A DNA stretch of 64,000 bases, taken from assembly GCF_030028105.1 (NCBI RefSeq), contig NC_092374.1:174926057-174990056 (forward strand), given 5' to 3'. Below the pieces are notes generated by a model. It did not search any database. It was not told where the DNA came from and saw only the letters and a list, made by a program, of their open reading frames with translations. Made by a program: the position numbers and the translations under genes. Shown here one piece after another: positions 10,898 through 25,800 of this stretch. The number at the start of each line of letters is the position of its first letter. Positions within the stretch are counted from its first letter, which is position 1. The stretch comes from Mobula birostris (lineage: Eukaryota).

Positions 10898-13800
10898 GTG
10901 AGTGAGGTGTCAATGGTCAGCTGGACACTCGGACCCCGGTCGGTCAGTGAGAGGATGGACACAGGGTAACAGTCCCCAGGCAAGGTGTGAGGGTCCCACA
11001 CCACCCAGCCTGAGCTCAGTGGGGATCGGCAGTTCATCTGGTCCGGGTAACTTATGTACCCTTAGGTCTTTCAGTGTTTTGAGCACCTTCTCAGTAACTC
11101 CACTCACTTCTCTCCCTCACACCCTTCAACATCTAGTGTCTAGTGCCTTCCACAGTGGAGACTGATACAAAATACTCATTTAGGAGATTGCAGATGAACT
11201 AAGAATTTTTTACCAGCGGCAAAAGTGGAGGCCAGGTCATTGGGTGTATTTAAGGCAGAGATTGATAGATTCTTGATTGGAAATGGCTTCAAAGGTTATT
11301 GGGAGATGGCTGGGGAGCGGGGCTGAGGATGGCAAAAAAGGATCAGTCATGATTGAATGTCAGAGCAGGCTCGATGGGCCAAATGGCCTAATTCTGCTCC
11401 TATGTCTTATGGGAACCCCTGCAGAGATTGCACATGAATCGTGGCTGAAAGATTATAACTGGGAGCTTAATATCCAAGGATATACATTGTATTGAAAGGA
11501 CAGGCAGGAAGGCAGAGTGGGTGACGTGGCTCTGTTGGTAAAACATAAAATCAAATGATTAGAAAGAGGTGACATAGGATTGGAATCATTGTGGACAGAG
11601 CTGAAGAATTGCAAGGGTCAAAGGAGTTGTATACAGAGCCCCGAACAGTAGTAAGGATGTGGTCTACAAGTTGCAATGGGTGATAGAAAATGCATGCCAA
11701 AAGGGCTTTGTTACAATAGTCATGGAGGATTTCAATATCCAGGTTGACTGGAAAAATCAGGTTGGTGCTAGATTCCAGGAGGAGCAATTTCTCGAATGGC
11801 TTTTTAGAGCAGTTCGCAGCTGAGACCACTAGGAGATCAGCTGTTCTGGGTGTTATGCAATGAACCAGAATTGATTAGAGAGCTTGAGGTAAAAGAACCC
11901 TTTGGGGAAAGTAATCATAATATGATCGGATTCACCTTAAAATTTGAGAAGGACCAGCAAAAGTCAGATCTATCAGTATTATAATGGAGTAAAGGGAATT
12001 ACATGGGCATGAGAAAGGAGCTGGCCAGAATTGATTGGAAAGGAACACAGGCAGGGATGTTGTCAGAGCAATTCAGAAGGCACAGGATATATACATCCCA
12101 AAGAGGAAGGAGTATTGTGAAGGAAAGATGACACAACCGTGGCTAACAAGAGCAGTCAAAGCCAGTGTGAAAGCCAGAGAGGGCATGTAACAGAGCAAAA
12201 TCTTAGCGGGAAGTTAAAGCATTGGGAAGCTTTTAAAAACCAACAGAAGGCAACTAAAAAGTTCTGATTCCAGAGTTCTGAAAAAGGTAGCTGAAGAGAT
12301 TGTGAATGCATTAGTAATTACTTTCAAGAATCACTAAATTCTGGATTGGTTCCAGAAGACTGGAAAATTGCAAATGTCACTCCACTTTTCAAGACGGGAG
12401 AGAGGCTGAAGAAAGAAAGCTATGGGTCAGTTAGTCTGATCTCAGTAGTTGGGAAGATGTTGGGGTCGATAATTAAGGATGTGGTCTCAGTGTACATGAT
12501 AACATAGGCCATAGTCTGCATGGTTTCCTCGAGGGAAAATCTTGCCTGACAAATCTGTTGGACTTCTTTGAAGAAATAACGAACAGGATAAACAAAGGGG
12601 AATCAATTGATGTTGTGTACTTGGATTTTCAGAAGGCCTTCGACAAGGTGCCACACATGAGGCTGCTTAACAAGCTTTGAGCCCATGGTGTTACAGCAAA
12701 GATTCTGGCATGGATAAAGCAGTGGCTGATTGGTAGGAATCAAAGAGTGGGAATAAGGGTGCCTTTTCTTATTGACTGCCGTTGACTAGTAGTGTTGGGG
12801 GTTGCGCTGGGACCAATTCTTTCTACATTGTATGTCAATGATTTAGATGATGGAATTCATGGCTTTGTTGCTAAGTTTGGAGACAATATGAAGATATTTG
12901 GAGGGACAGGTAGTTTTGAGGAAGTAGAGAGGCTAGACTTAGACAGATTTGGAAAATGGGCAAAGAAATGGCAGATGGAATACAGTATGGAGAAGTGTAT
13001 GGTCATGCACTTTGGTAGAAGAAATGAAAGGGTTGATGATTTTCTAAATGGAGAAAAAATACAAAAAAACTGAGGCACAAAGGGACTTGGGAGTCCATGT
13101 GCAGGATTTCCTAAAGGTTAATTTGCTGGTTGAGTTTGTGCTGAGGAAGGCAAATGCGATATTAGCATTAATTTCATAAGGACTAGAATCTAAAAGCAAG
13201 GAAATAATATTGAGACTTTATAAAGCAGTGACTGGCTCTCAGTTGGGGTATTGTGAGCAGTTTTGGGCCCCCTATCTCAAAACAGATGTGCTGAAGTTAG
13301 AGAGGGTTGGAAGCAGGTTCACAAAAATGATTCCAGGATAGAATGGCTTATCAGAAGAAGAGCATTTGATGGTTCTGGGCATGTATTCATGAGAATTCAG
13401 AAGAATGAGGGGTGACCTCATTGAAACTTATCAAATGGTGAAAGGCCTTGATAGAGTGGATGTGGAAAGGATATTCCCTATGCTAGGAGAGTATAAAACC
13501 AGAGGACACAGCCTCAGAATAGAGGGGCATCCTTTTAGAATGGAGATGGGGATGAATTTCTTCAGCCAGAGAGTGGTGAATCTGTGGAATTCTTTGCCAC
13601 AGGCAGCTGTGGAGGCCTAATCCTTCTGTATGCTTAAGCAGAGGCTGATAGATTCTCGATCATTCAGTGCATGAAGAGATTTGGGGAGAAGGCAGGAGAT
13701 CGGGTCTGAGAGGAGATTTGCATCAGCCATGATGAAATGGCAGAGCAGACTCGATTGGCCAAATGGCCTATTTCTGATCCTATATCTTATGGTCTATGGG

Positions 13801-16800
13801 ATCCAGGGTAAGCTAGACAACTGGATACATGATTGGCTCAGTGGTCAGAGATAGAGTGCAACGGTGGACAGTAGATTTTCCAGATTGGAGGCCTGTGACC
13901 TGTGTTGTGTTGCAAGAATAATTTCTGGGACACGTGTCGCTGATCGTGTGTGTTCACAATTTGGATGAGAATGTGGGTGGCAGATGACAACAACACTGGT
14001 GGTGTGGTGGACAGTCAATAATTTCTCTTAAGTTTGAAAAACAAAACAAATAACTGGAGGAAAACAAATAACCGGAGGAACTCAACAAGCCAGGCCAGCT
14101 GTATGTGTAGGTGGGCTAAGAAACAGAGATGAAACTTAACATGGATGTGGTTCATTTTCGGAGGTTGAACCAGGGATGGACTTACACAGTGAATGACAAG
14201 GATTTGCTGAGGAGTGTGGAACAGGAGTACAAATACCCTGTTCCATGAATGTGGCAACTCAGGCAGACAGATAGTTGTACAGGGGTGGTTTCCAGGCTGG
14301 GGATGAACCAGCGTTGGTTTGGTGAATTTCCATAGTTTTATCCTGTGAACCTCCAGGAGCAGCCTAGACCGAGTGTCGAGCAGACCAGAAACAAGAATGG
14401 AGCTGAACAAAAAGTCATCACTTCTGGATTGGTTTATTGCATGGGGTGTTGAAATAACTATTGAGCTTAGATTTGAAAGTCTTTAAGGTACTACTCTCGA
14501 CTGCACAACTAGGTAGTTTGTTCCATGTGTCCACAACTCACTGTGTAAAGAAATTTTTCCTGATGTTAGTCTGAAATCTCCCTTTAACCAGTCTCCACCT
14601 ATGGCTCAGTGTCCTTGTTGGTGGATGAACTCTGAAGGCACAGCTGGCATCCACTTTACTTATGCCCTGAGTCATTTTGAACACTTCGATCATGTCTCCT
14701 CTCATTCTGCGCTACTTAGGTTAAAAAGATTTAATTCTTTCAATCTTTCTTCATAGCTCATACCCTGCAGACCTGGAATGAGTCTGGGTTTCATCCAAGA
14801 TCCAAATTAGGATCCCCTTTCCAGGCCTCAGTTTCTCCTTTCCAGTATCCAATTTTTATCAAATCAAAAGAGATCAAACTCATTGACTCCAACCATATAC
14901 GGTTACTGGAAAATGTAACAGAGTATCTGTTGCCCGCTGCTTCCAACCAAACCATATCGGCGGGCGAGCCTGGGGGAGACAGCAGGTTTTGCCCAACACT
15001 CATCTTGTCCTTTTGTATTTTCCATTTATCTTCTCGGTGTCTTTATTCATTGGCGCCTTCGTGATCGGGTCAGCCAGTCGTTCATATGGGAGTCTCTTTT
15101 CCTTTTTCGATGGGGTTGGCTTGATCAGGGACATCCCAGCCTGAGTACCCATTTTACCTATACTCTTACTGAATTATTAGTACTCTATGCTCTATGTTTC
15201 TATTCTAACTGCGCTTCGTAATCAGCTGATTAGCATAAATGAATATCTGGGCCCCATTAAATTTCATAAAATATTTTGTCTATTAGGTCTAATCTCCTTC
15301 TCCCAGTTTCCTTCTTGTTCTAGCTGGAACTCAGGAACTGGTCACTGGCCAGTTAGGGATGACCTTCCTCACGTCTCACCCCGGTCCTGCTCTTGACTCC
15401 TGTCTTTCAGGGAAGTCTCACAGATAGGGTCTCAAATCCTTCCCGGTGGGCCAATTGCTCGGCCGAGGTTCAATGGGATCCCGTATTTAGAGTTCCCATC
15501 CTTGTTGCCAGAATGTTAGGGAAATTTTATTTCCACATCAGACTCGGACCCATGTATTCAGGAGACCCTTTATTTAATGTTACACAGAGGGCCGTCCCTT
15601 CTGAGAGCAGGAGCTGTGCCTTTGGCTGTAGAGAGGTCCTTTATATATCATACAGGATATGCAAGCAGTATAGTTACACATTTGAACAGGAACTTTAGTG
15701 ATAAAACAGGAGCTTTACCCCAGACATTGTTCAAATGAATACAAACACATAGAAACCCTCGAGTAACATAGTCTTGTGATTTACACACAGTCTTGTGACT
15801 GACACCAGTAGCCAAAAGGGAAGTACCTGATTTTTGCTGGTCTATGCATTAAGCAGTGCAGACATGCAATTCTATAGTCACGCAAAAGTATGAACCCCAA
15901 GTCCGGCAAAATTCCTCTACATTTACATTAAATTTCATCTGCAATTTATCTGCCCGCATCTGGATTTTGTTTAGGTCTAACAGTATTGATTCTGCTGCCT
16001 AAATGTCTGTCCCCCTAATTTTATGCCATCGGCAAACTTTACTAGTTTATTTGTTACGTGCTTATCCAGATCATGAATGTAAATTTAAAAACAGCAGCGG
16101 CCCCATGAACTGTTTGTTCCATGTGGAACCCCACTTTAACGCCTTCTCGGTGTGAAAATTATCCTCTCACCATAACTCTTTTATTTCTGTTTTTGAGCCA
16201 ATTCTGCACCCATTCACACACCTTACTCTGAATCCTACCTCCTGTAATTTGATTATTAGCCTCTCGTGAGGTTCCTTGTCAAAAGGCTTCTAAAAGTCCA
16301 AGTAAATGATATCAACTGTTCTATTGTCATAAATTTTAATTGCCTCTTCACACAACTGCAGCAGAGTAGGGAAACATGGTTTCCCCTTTCTGAACTGATG
16401 CTGGCTTTCTGCTAACATGTGTGTTCTTATCAGCTGCTTTTCAATCTCATTCTTTGTGATTGTTTCCATTAACTTGTGTGTGATACATGTTAACCCTACT
16501 GGTCTATAGTTACCAGGGGCAGTACAGTCACCCCTCTTGTATACTGGGACGATGTTAACCCATTTCAAGACCTCAGGGATCTCACCAGTCTTCAATGACT
16601 TTTGAAAAACACATGTTCGAGGGTTTGTATATATAATCACAGACCTCTTTAAGCACCCTTGGATATATGTTGTCCGGCCCTGGAGATTTATTAACACTCA
16701 ACCTTTTCAGCTGAAGCAGGACCTGACTTTCTAAGATCTCTAAATCACTTTAAACAACTTTATTTTTCTCTACACTTTACTAACATCTTTGCAGCTGAAA

Positions 16801-19800
16801 TCTTTAGCAAAATATGAGTTAAGAATATCCACAATGTTCTTCTCTGCATAATATAACACCCCACTATTATTTCTAATACATTTAACTTCCTTTCCTTTTT
16901 CTGTTAAAGTACTGAAAAAATCTCTTGGGGTCAATCTCAGCATTCATTATCAGCAATATCCTTCTCAACCTGCCTTTTGGCAATCAAGTTTCCCTCTTAG
17001 CTATAACTCACATATTTTCATATGCCCTGCAGTTAACATCATTATTATTCTTTTCTGTATTCATTTATATGGCTGGCTTTTATTCAATAATTTATAGATA
17101 TACTCTCCCAAAAAACTTTGTGATGAACAATGTTACTATATGATCACTCGTTCCTGAAGGCTCAACAACTCCTGTACTCAAAATTCTATCTGATTGTTAT
17201 AGTTGGGAGCTGGATGTCCAAGGTTACGTGTTTTATCACGGGGGTAGGAAGGTAGGCAGAGGGGGTGGCATGCCTCTGCTGGTAAGGAATGGCGTCAAAT
17301 CAGTAGGAGGATATGACATAGGATCAGAAGATGTTGAATCCTTGTGGATTGATTGAAGATACTGCAAGGGTGAAAGGACCCTTATGACAGGTCTCTCAAC
17401 AGTAGCTGTGATGGGGACCACAGATTTCAACGGGAAATAGAAAAGGCATGTCTAAAGGGCCATGTTATCATAGTCATAGGAGATTTTAAAATGCAGGTTA
17501 ATTGGGAAAAGGATCTCAAGAGACCTGAGTTTGCTGAATGCCTATGAGATGGCTTTTCAAAGAGCAGTTTGTCGTTGAGCCTACTAGAGATCAGCTATAC
17601 TGGATTGGGTGTTATGTAATGAACCGGAGATGATGAGGGAGCTTAAGGTAAAAGAACACTTAGGAACCAGTGATCACAATATAATTGAGTTCAACTTGAA
17701 ATTTGATAGGGAGAAAGTAAAGTCTGATGCAGCAGTATTTCACTGGAATAAAGGAAGTTACAGTGGTATGAGAGAGGAGTTGGCCAAAGTAAGTTGGAAG
17801 GAGTTGCTGGCAGGGATGTCAGCAGAGCAGCAATGGCGTGCATTTCTGGGAAAAACGAGGAAGGTTGCAGGACATATGTATTACAAAAATGAAGAAATAC
17901 TCAAATGGGAAAATAGTACAACCATGGCTGACAAGGTTATTGTAAAAGCAAAAGAAAGGGCATACAACAAAGCAAAAATTCGTGGGAAGACAGAGGATTG
18001 AGAAGCTTTTAAATACCTACAGACAGCAACTAAAAAAAAAGCATTAGGAGGAAAAAGATAAAATAAGAAAGCAATATCAAAGTGCTTTCAAGTATGTCAG
18101 CATGGTTTTCTGAAGGGAAATTCTTAGCTGACGAACCTGTTGGAATTCTTTGAGGAGATTACAAGTAGGATGGATAAAGGGGATGCAGTGGATGTTGTAT
18201 ATTTGGACTTTAAGAAGGCCTTTGACAAGGTGCCACACTTGAGGCTGCTTACCAAGTTAAGAGTATTACAGGGAAGTTACTGGCATGGTTAGAGCATTGG
18301 CTGATAGGTAGGAGGCAGAAAACGGGAATAATAGGATCCTTTTCTGGTCAGCTGTCAGTGACTAGTGCTCTGCAAGGGATGGTGTTGGGACCGCTTCTTT
18401 TTATGCTGGATATCAATGACTTAGATGATGGAATAAATGGCTTTGCTGCCAAGTTTGCAGATGATACCATGATTGGTGGGGTCAGGTACTGTTGAGGAAA
18501 TAAGTAGACTGCAGAAGGACAGACAGATTAGGAGAATAAACAAAAAAATGGCAAATGAAATACAGTGTTGGAAAATGCATGGTCATGCGCTTTGGTGGCC
18601 AAAGTAAATGTACAGACTATTTTCTAAATGGGGAGAAAATCCAAAATTCTGAGATGCAAACAAACTTGGGAACCCTAAAGGTTAACTTGCAGTTTCAGTC
18701 CATGGTGAGGAAGGTAAATGCAATGTTAGCATTCATTTCAAGAGGTCTTGAATACAAGAGCAGAGATGTGATGCTGAGGCTTTATAAGACACTGGTGAGG
18801 CCTCACCTTGAGTATTTTGAACAGTTTGGGGTTCATCATCCCAGAAAAGATGTGGTGGCATTGGAGATGGTTCAGAGGAGGTTCACAGGGATGATTCCGG
18901 GAATGAGAGGGTTATCACGTGAGGAACATTTGATGGCTCTGGGCTGTACTCGATGGAATTTCGAAGGATGAGAGGTGATCTCACTGAAGCCTTTTGAATG
19001 TTGTAAGGCCTGGACAGAGTAGATGTGGAAAGGATGTTTCCCAGGGTGGGGGAGTTTAAGATGAGAAAGCACAGCTTTAGGATAGGGGGGCGTCTATTTA
19101 AACGGAGTTGTGGAGAAATTTGTTTCACCAGAGGGTGGTGAGTACATGGAATTTGTTACCACAGGTAGCTGTGGAGGCCAGGCCATTGGGTGTATTTAAG
19201 GCAGAGATTGAAAGTTTCTTGATTGGACATGGCATCAAAGGTTATAGAGAGAAGGATGGGAAGTGGAGCTGAGGAGGGGAAAAGAGGAGCAGCCATGATA
19301 AAATGGTGGAGCAGACTCGATGGGCCAAATGGCCTAATTCTGCTCCTATATCTTATGATCTTATTATGGAATATCAAATCTAGACAGGCCTTCCCTATGT
19401 TGATGCATTTACATACTGGTTCAAAAAACCATCATTCAGTAACTTAATGAATTCACTTTCCTGTAATCCATTAGTCACTGGGTTCTCCCACTGAACATTT
19501 GGGAAATGCAAGTCTCCTGTAGCTGTAACATCACCCTCAGAACTTGTTTTTTCTATATTCTGATAGAGCTGTTTCTTAAACTCACTCTCAGCTTTAGGGT
19601 GTCTATAATATACACCCAGTGTTATTCCTTTATCCTTATAGTTTTCAATTCTCACCCAGATATCATCATTAAGTCTCGATTCATCTCCTATCAGAGCAGC
19701 CTCATGTTTAAATTGTCTCATGTATGAAATCCCTTTTGACTGGGTATCTCTAGAAATAGGTTATTAGCCCTCGCTAACAGGCACCGGACTCCGTGCGGAG

Positions 19801-22800
19801 AAACCCAACTTCTCCGACTTTATGCATCTTTGGCGTATACCCAATCCGTGAGATTGGGATGTCTTGCCCACCCAAACCCCAGTTTGTATGAATGCTGTGA
19901 GATTTACTGCCCCCGCAGTAGCCCGTCGGCATGAAATAACAGATCACACACTGCATACAATTATAAAGAAGTATATTTATGAATGTTAACTTAACCAAAG
20001 AGTTAGTAAAGAAAATAAAGGAAAAAAAACTAAAAGAGCCCATTATAATTAAACAGTCAAATGCACACAGCTTGGAGCTGAAATCTTCCAAAAGCTAAAT
20101 TCACTTATCCTCAGTAGACCTCTGTGCCTTTGCTCCATCAAATTGCATTTCCCATCGCATCGAATCCTACGACTGGTTCTCTCCAGTGTCATCTCTCTTC
20201 ATCTCCCACAGAATGAAGACAAAGACCCACACCAGTGTCAGTCATATAAGCCACTGTCCAGCCTTCTCTAGAACCTTCTCCCCATTCCGCCATCCTGATT
20301 GGACAACCCACATTCTTAAGCATCCCTTATCTTCAACAGTAACCCAAACACTGCTTCTGCAGAAAGACCATTACATGAAATACCCTACAACATTAGCAGT
20401 AAAACCTTTACCAGGGTGTTACACTCTCCATCTGCCAAAGTAGTCATGTCCTCATGACTGAAGTAATTTATCATCCCTTCATTAATAACAGAGTTTTCAA
20501 AGGAATTTTGTGATATCAGGGTCTCCAATCCATTTGTACATGGTAGTGATACCTCACTAGGGGGATAGACACAATACTCTGTTCCCCCAGTATGACATAG
20601 GCCAATCTATCCGGGGGTTTCCAGACTCATTGAGACCCCCTTATCCCAACATCTACTTCTTCAGTTTCACCCACCCCTGGGATCTTTGCTGTCTACCTGG
20701 AGAGTCCTCTCCCTGTCCATTACTCGTGCTTTCCAGCAACTCAGGTTTCCCTATCACTTGGCTGAGCTCAGCTTCATTCCCAGTTACTTCAGAGCCTGGT
20801 CTCCCTTCATTGTCCAGCTGAAGCTTGCCTGTTCACTGCTAGTCCCCCCCCCCACCCCCATTTCATCCACATCAGCGTGGGGAGGAATGGGAATCTGTCC
20901 ATCAATGATTGGGGAGCTTGCACAGGGTAGCATATACCACACCCCCATTTCCTCATCCTCTGCGTACGTATAACATTCAGTGGTTGTCCATTCCAGGCCT
21001 CTCCACAGCTTGTGTCCCACATCACCGCAGAGTCCTCTTACTAGGTGTAGGGTCCACGTCAGGCTCTGGGTCAACTTGTACCTCTTGTCCGGGAGGTAGC
21101 AGATGGTTCCGATGGAGAATCTTGACAGGTCCATTCCCATCCTCTGGTTTCATCTGACAAACTGGTACGTTTGGCATCTCACTCTCCAGTACATAGGGTG
21201 TAGCTGCCCAGCAGTCAGTCAAATTATGCTTCCCATGTAGCCCCAAATTCTTTATGAGAACTCTGTTGCCAGGCATCAGTTGGAAGAAACTAATCTTTTG
21301 ATCATATCCCCTCTTATTTTCTTGATTCTGCTTGGCAGCAGAGACCTCGGCTAGTTCATAAGCCTTTTGCAATTCCCTCGTCATGTCAGACACATACTTA
21401 AGATGGCTCTTCTGTGGGAAATCTATCCCAGCAGTCCCAAACCAGAGGTCAACAGGCAATCTTGCTTCATGCAAAACATCAAATAATATGGCGAATATCC
21501 AGTAGCTTCATCCTGTGTACAGTTGTAGCAGTGGACCAGATGCCAATATGCTGACTCCACTTGCTCTTCTTGCTGATATCCAGGCTTCCGAGCATGTCTG
21601 GCAATGTCCAGTTGTAAACCTCTGCAAATGGGATAAAGGAGTCGGCAGCGTCTCGCCCAGGATACATAGAATGCACAACTTACAGTGCTCTGCAACCTCA
21701 GGGTTCATTTGGGGCCAGTAAAATCGATCTCTGACCAATCCATAGGTCTTGTCAAACCCCAAATAACCTGAATCATCGTGGGGTGATTTAAACACAATCC
21801 TCTGATACTTCTCAAGCAGAACCAAATGGGAACGCCGAGGCCTGTCTGGAGGAGACATGACCCAGTATAGAATCCGGTTCCTCAACTCCAGTTTGTTCCA
21901 CTCTCTCAGCAGTAGAGATACAGCAGGGTAGTTCATCTTTTCAGCTTGGACCATATCCCCTTTCACAACAGCTGACCATACAGTACCTATGAAAGGGTCA
22001 TCATGCTGAGCGGCAGCCACTTCCCCTGGGCTCAACTCAGGCAACTGCTTTGTATTCAGGATGGTTAGGTTGCAGAAAACTTATGGAATGGCACAACCAG
22101 GAGCTCCCAAATGATCTACTGCTCGATCCTGCCCTTGCCTTTCCTCGGACTTCCCTGTGATGGAAAACTGGCACATTGCGATAACTCCAAGTGCTGGAAC
22201 ACACTCCCCATCCATTTCCAGCCCTTCATGCGTACTTCAGGGCAATGTATCTGCATCAATGTCAGGGTCCCCGGCCGGTAGTTCAGGCTGAGGTCATAGG
22301 CAGACAACCCCCCCAACCACCGATAGCCTGTGGCATCCAGTTTTGCCGAGGTCAGGATATAAGTTAATGGATTATTGTCAGTCCTCATCTCAAACTTGGC
22401 ACCATATAGATAGTCACTTAACTTATCCACCACAGCCCATTTCAATGCTAGGAACTCCAATTTGTGCGTGGCATAGTTTTGCTCAGAGTATGATAGACTC
22501 CGGCTGACAAAAACGACAAGTCTCAACCCTGTGCACCAATCCTGATATGGAACACCCCCTAAACCCTCTGAGCTGATGTCTGAATGCAATACATAGGCCA
22601 GTCGGGGGTTTGCAATAGCCAGGACAGGCACTTTCGTCAGCAGATCCTTCAGCAACTGAAAGGCTTCTTCACGTTTTGTATCCCATCTTGCTCCAAAAGG
22701 GTCTGAATGGCTAAGATAAGCATTACCATCTTCTCCTTTCGTCCTCCTCCTTTTCTTCACCAAGGGAAGGTAACAGCACAGAGGATGATTCAAAGGGTGA

Positions 22801-25800
22801 CTCGCTTTTAGTAGTCCTTCTCGAACCTCCGATAGTACCCACAGAATCCAAGAAAGGGCGTAGGCCGATCCTATTCTTGAGCCTTGGCCATGTGGTCACC
22901 GCTTCTATCTTAGACAGACCTGTAGCTACTCCATATCATGAGACTATCTGCCCAACATTAGTTGACAGACATCTTGCAGAACTGGCACTTGTCCAGGGAC
23001 AGTTTTAATCTTTCAGCTTTCAGGTGGCCTAAAACCTTCAAGAGCCTCACTTTGTGCTCTTCCAGGGTGGACCAGAACATTATGAGATCATCCAGGTACA
23101 TCAGCACCTCAAGCAATTTCATATTCCCAACAGTTTTCTCCATGACAGACTGGAAAGTAGCCGGGGCTCTTGATACATCCTGGGGCATCCGTTCAAACTG
23201 GAAGAATCCAACTGGACATATGAATGCCGTCTTCTCTTCATCAGCCTCACTCATAGGTATCTGATAATACCCACTTCTTAGGTTCTGCACACTGAACCAT
23301 TTCACTCCACTCAGGCAGGCCAGTGCGTCCTCGATCCTCGGAACAGTATACTGGTCGGGGACTGTGCCCCGGTTCCGAGTCTGATGGTCAACGCACAGTA
23401 GTACCTTCCCATTATCCTCCCTCATCAACACCATAGGGGACGCATAGAGACTCCAGGACTCAGTGATAATCCCAGCTTCTGCAGATGTTACCGGACTTCC
23501 TCCACCTTGGTGGGTGCCAGTGGCCGAGACCTTTCTCTGAAAGGGGTGTCCTCTGTCACTCAGACGGTGTGGCGAGTGCACTTGGAACAACCCACATCAA
23601 ACTCATCAGTAGAAAAGACATCAAACTTTAACATCACTTCACTCTCCTTTTTCAACTCCCAGGTACTGGGGAGTCACCAGATTTGAATGTCAACTTTCCT
23701 GTTCCTGGAGATTCTCTCTCTCTTGGTTTTCTCACAGGAAAAGTAGGCGTTATATTCACTGGAAAAAGCCATCGGCATTTCCCGCCTGAGGGTGACCTCT
23801 CTCTCCGAAGTGTTCCTGACAATCACTGTCATCCTGTTCACCTGTACAACCGACGGTTCCTACAGTTCAGGCCTCACCAGTACCCCAGCAGGTATGCGTG
23901 ACTCCTCTTCATGGTCTTCCGGATCACCCAACAGGAGCACCCCGGCATTAGGCATTCCGGGAAATCTGGGGTTTCCCGTCACTCTAGCTACTTCCCCAGG
24001 CCGCAGCACGATGGGTTTGTACTGGGTGAACCACACATTTCCTCATATATGCTGATCATCCAGCCTAGGGTGGACGTGCACTTCCTCAAAAGCAACTCTG
24101 AACACAGGGTGAACGGACAAAGTTTACAGAAAGCTCTCACCAACTCTCTCCTTCCAGGCTCCCACTTGTCTCCTCACAATGTGATTATTTATTCCCACAA
24201 GAATTGAAGCTTCACCCTTCTGAACCAGGTCCGGACAAACCAACACTAACGTATCAATGGCCTCAGCTGCCTCTGGACCTCCAGCTTCACTGACAAATAA
24301 CCATCATACGGAGAGTCATTAGTACTAAGGCCCCAGAGCTCTCGGGCACTGACTGGCATCAATGGTAAAAGCGTCAAATACCGGTTGTAGAAGGGGTTTG
24401 TACAGCAGAGTAACCCGAGAACCAAGTATGGCTCCAGCATAAATACTCTCGATCCGTAGGGATACACTGGAGCTTGGCCCCACTAAGCCTTCGGGAAGAG
24501 GGCTTTTCACTTTCATCTTTTCCTTGACACTTTTCCTTGGAACGTATTCCCCCCGAGACGCTAGGCTGTTCCCTCACTGGGTCTCTCCAAAGTTTCCCAA
24601 CTTCCCCTTCTGTGTAAGCAACCGTGGGTTCACTTTCCAATGAATTTCCCATCTTTCACACTCCTGCCTGAAGTGTCCCTGCTCACCACATTTATAACAG
24701 ACAACACCGCTGGCCCCACTTTCCAAGGGACCCCGTTCAATTGGAGCCCTCTGCTCAGTCCGTCCCATCAGTGGGTCCGGATCTCTATCGGCTTCGTCAT
24801 CAAAGTTGCTGGTGAACGCAGCAGGCCAGGTAGCATCTCTAGGAAGAGGTGCAGTCAATGTTTCGGGCCGAGACCCTTCGTCAGGACGAACTGAAGGAAG
24901 AGTTAGTAAGAGATTTGAAAGTGGGAGGGGGAGGGGGAGATCCGAAATGATAGGAGAAGAGAGGAAGGGGAGGGATGGAGACAAGAGCTGGACAGGTGAT
25001 TGGCAAAGGGGATATGAGAGGATCATGGGACAGGAGGTCCAGTGAGAAAGAAAAGCGGGAGGGGGGAAGCCCAGAGGATGGGCAAGGTGTATAGTCAGAG
25101 GGACAGAGGGAGAAAAGGGAGAGTGAGAGAAAGAATGTGTGTATAAAAATAAATAACAGATGGGGTACGAGGGGGAGGTGGGGCATTAGCGGAAGTTAGA
25201 GAAGTCAATGTTCATGCCATCAGGTTGGAGGATACCCAGACGGAATATAAGGTGTTGTTCCTCCAACCTGAGTGTGGCTTCATCTTTACAGTAGATGAGG
25301 CCGTGGATAGACATGTCAGAATGGGAATGGGAATGGGATGTGGAATTAAAATGTGTGGCCACTGGGAGATCCTGCTTTCTCTGGCAGACAGAGCATAGGT
25401 GTTCAGCAAAACGATCTCCCAGTCTGCGTCGGGTCTCGCCAATATATAGAAGGCCACATCGGGAGCACCGGACGCAGTATATCACCCCAGCTGACTCACA
25501 GGTGAAGTGTTGCCTCACCTGGAAGGACTGTCTGGGGCCCTGAATGGTGGTAAGGGAGGAAGTGTAAGGGCATGTGTAGCACTTGTTCCGCTTACAAGGA
25601 TAAGTGCCAGGAGGGAGACCAGTGGGGAGGGATGGGGGGGACGAATGGACAAGGGAGTCGTGTAGGGAGCGATCCCTGCGGAAAGCAGAGGGGGGGGTGG
25701 AGGGAAAGATGTGCTTAGTGGTGGGATCCCGTTGGAGGTGGCAGAAGTTACGGAGAATAATCTGTTGGACCCGGAGGCTGGTGGGGTGGTAGGTGAGGAC

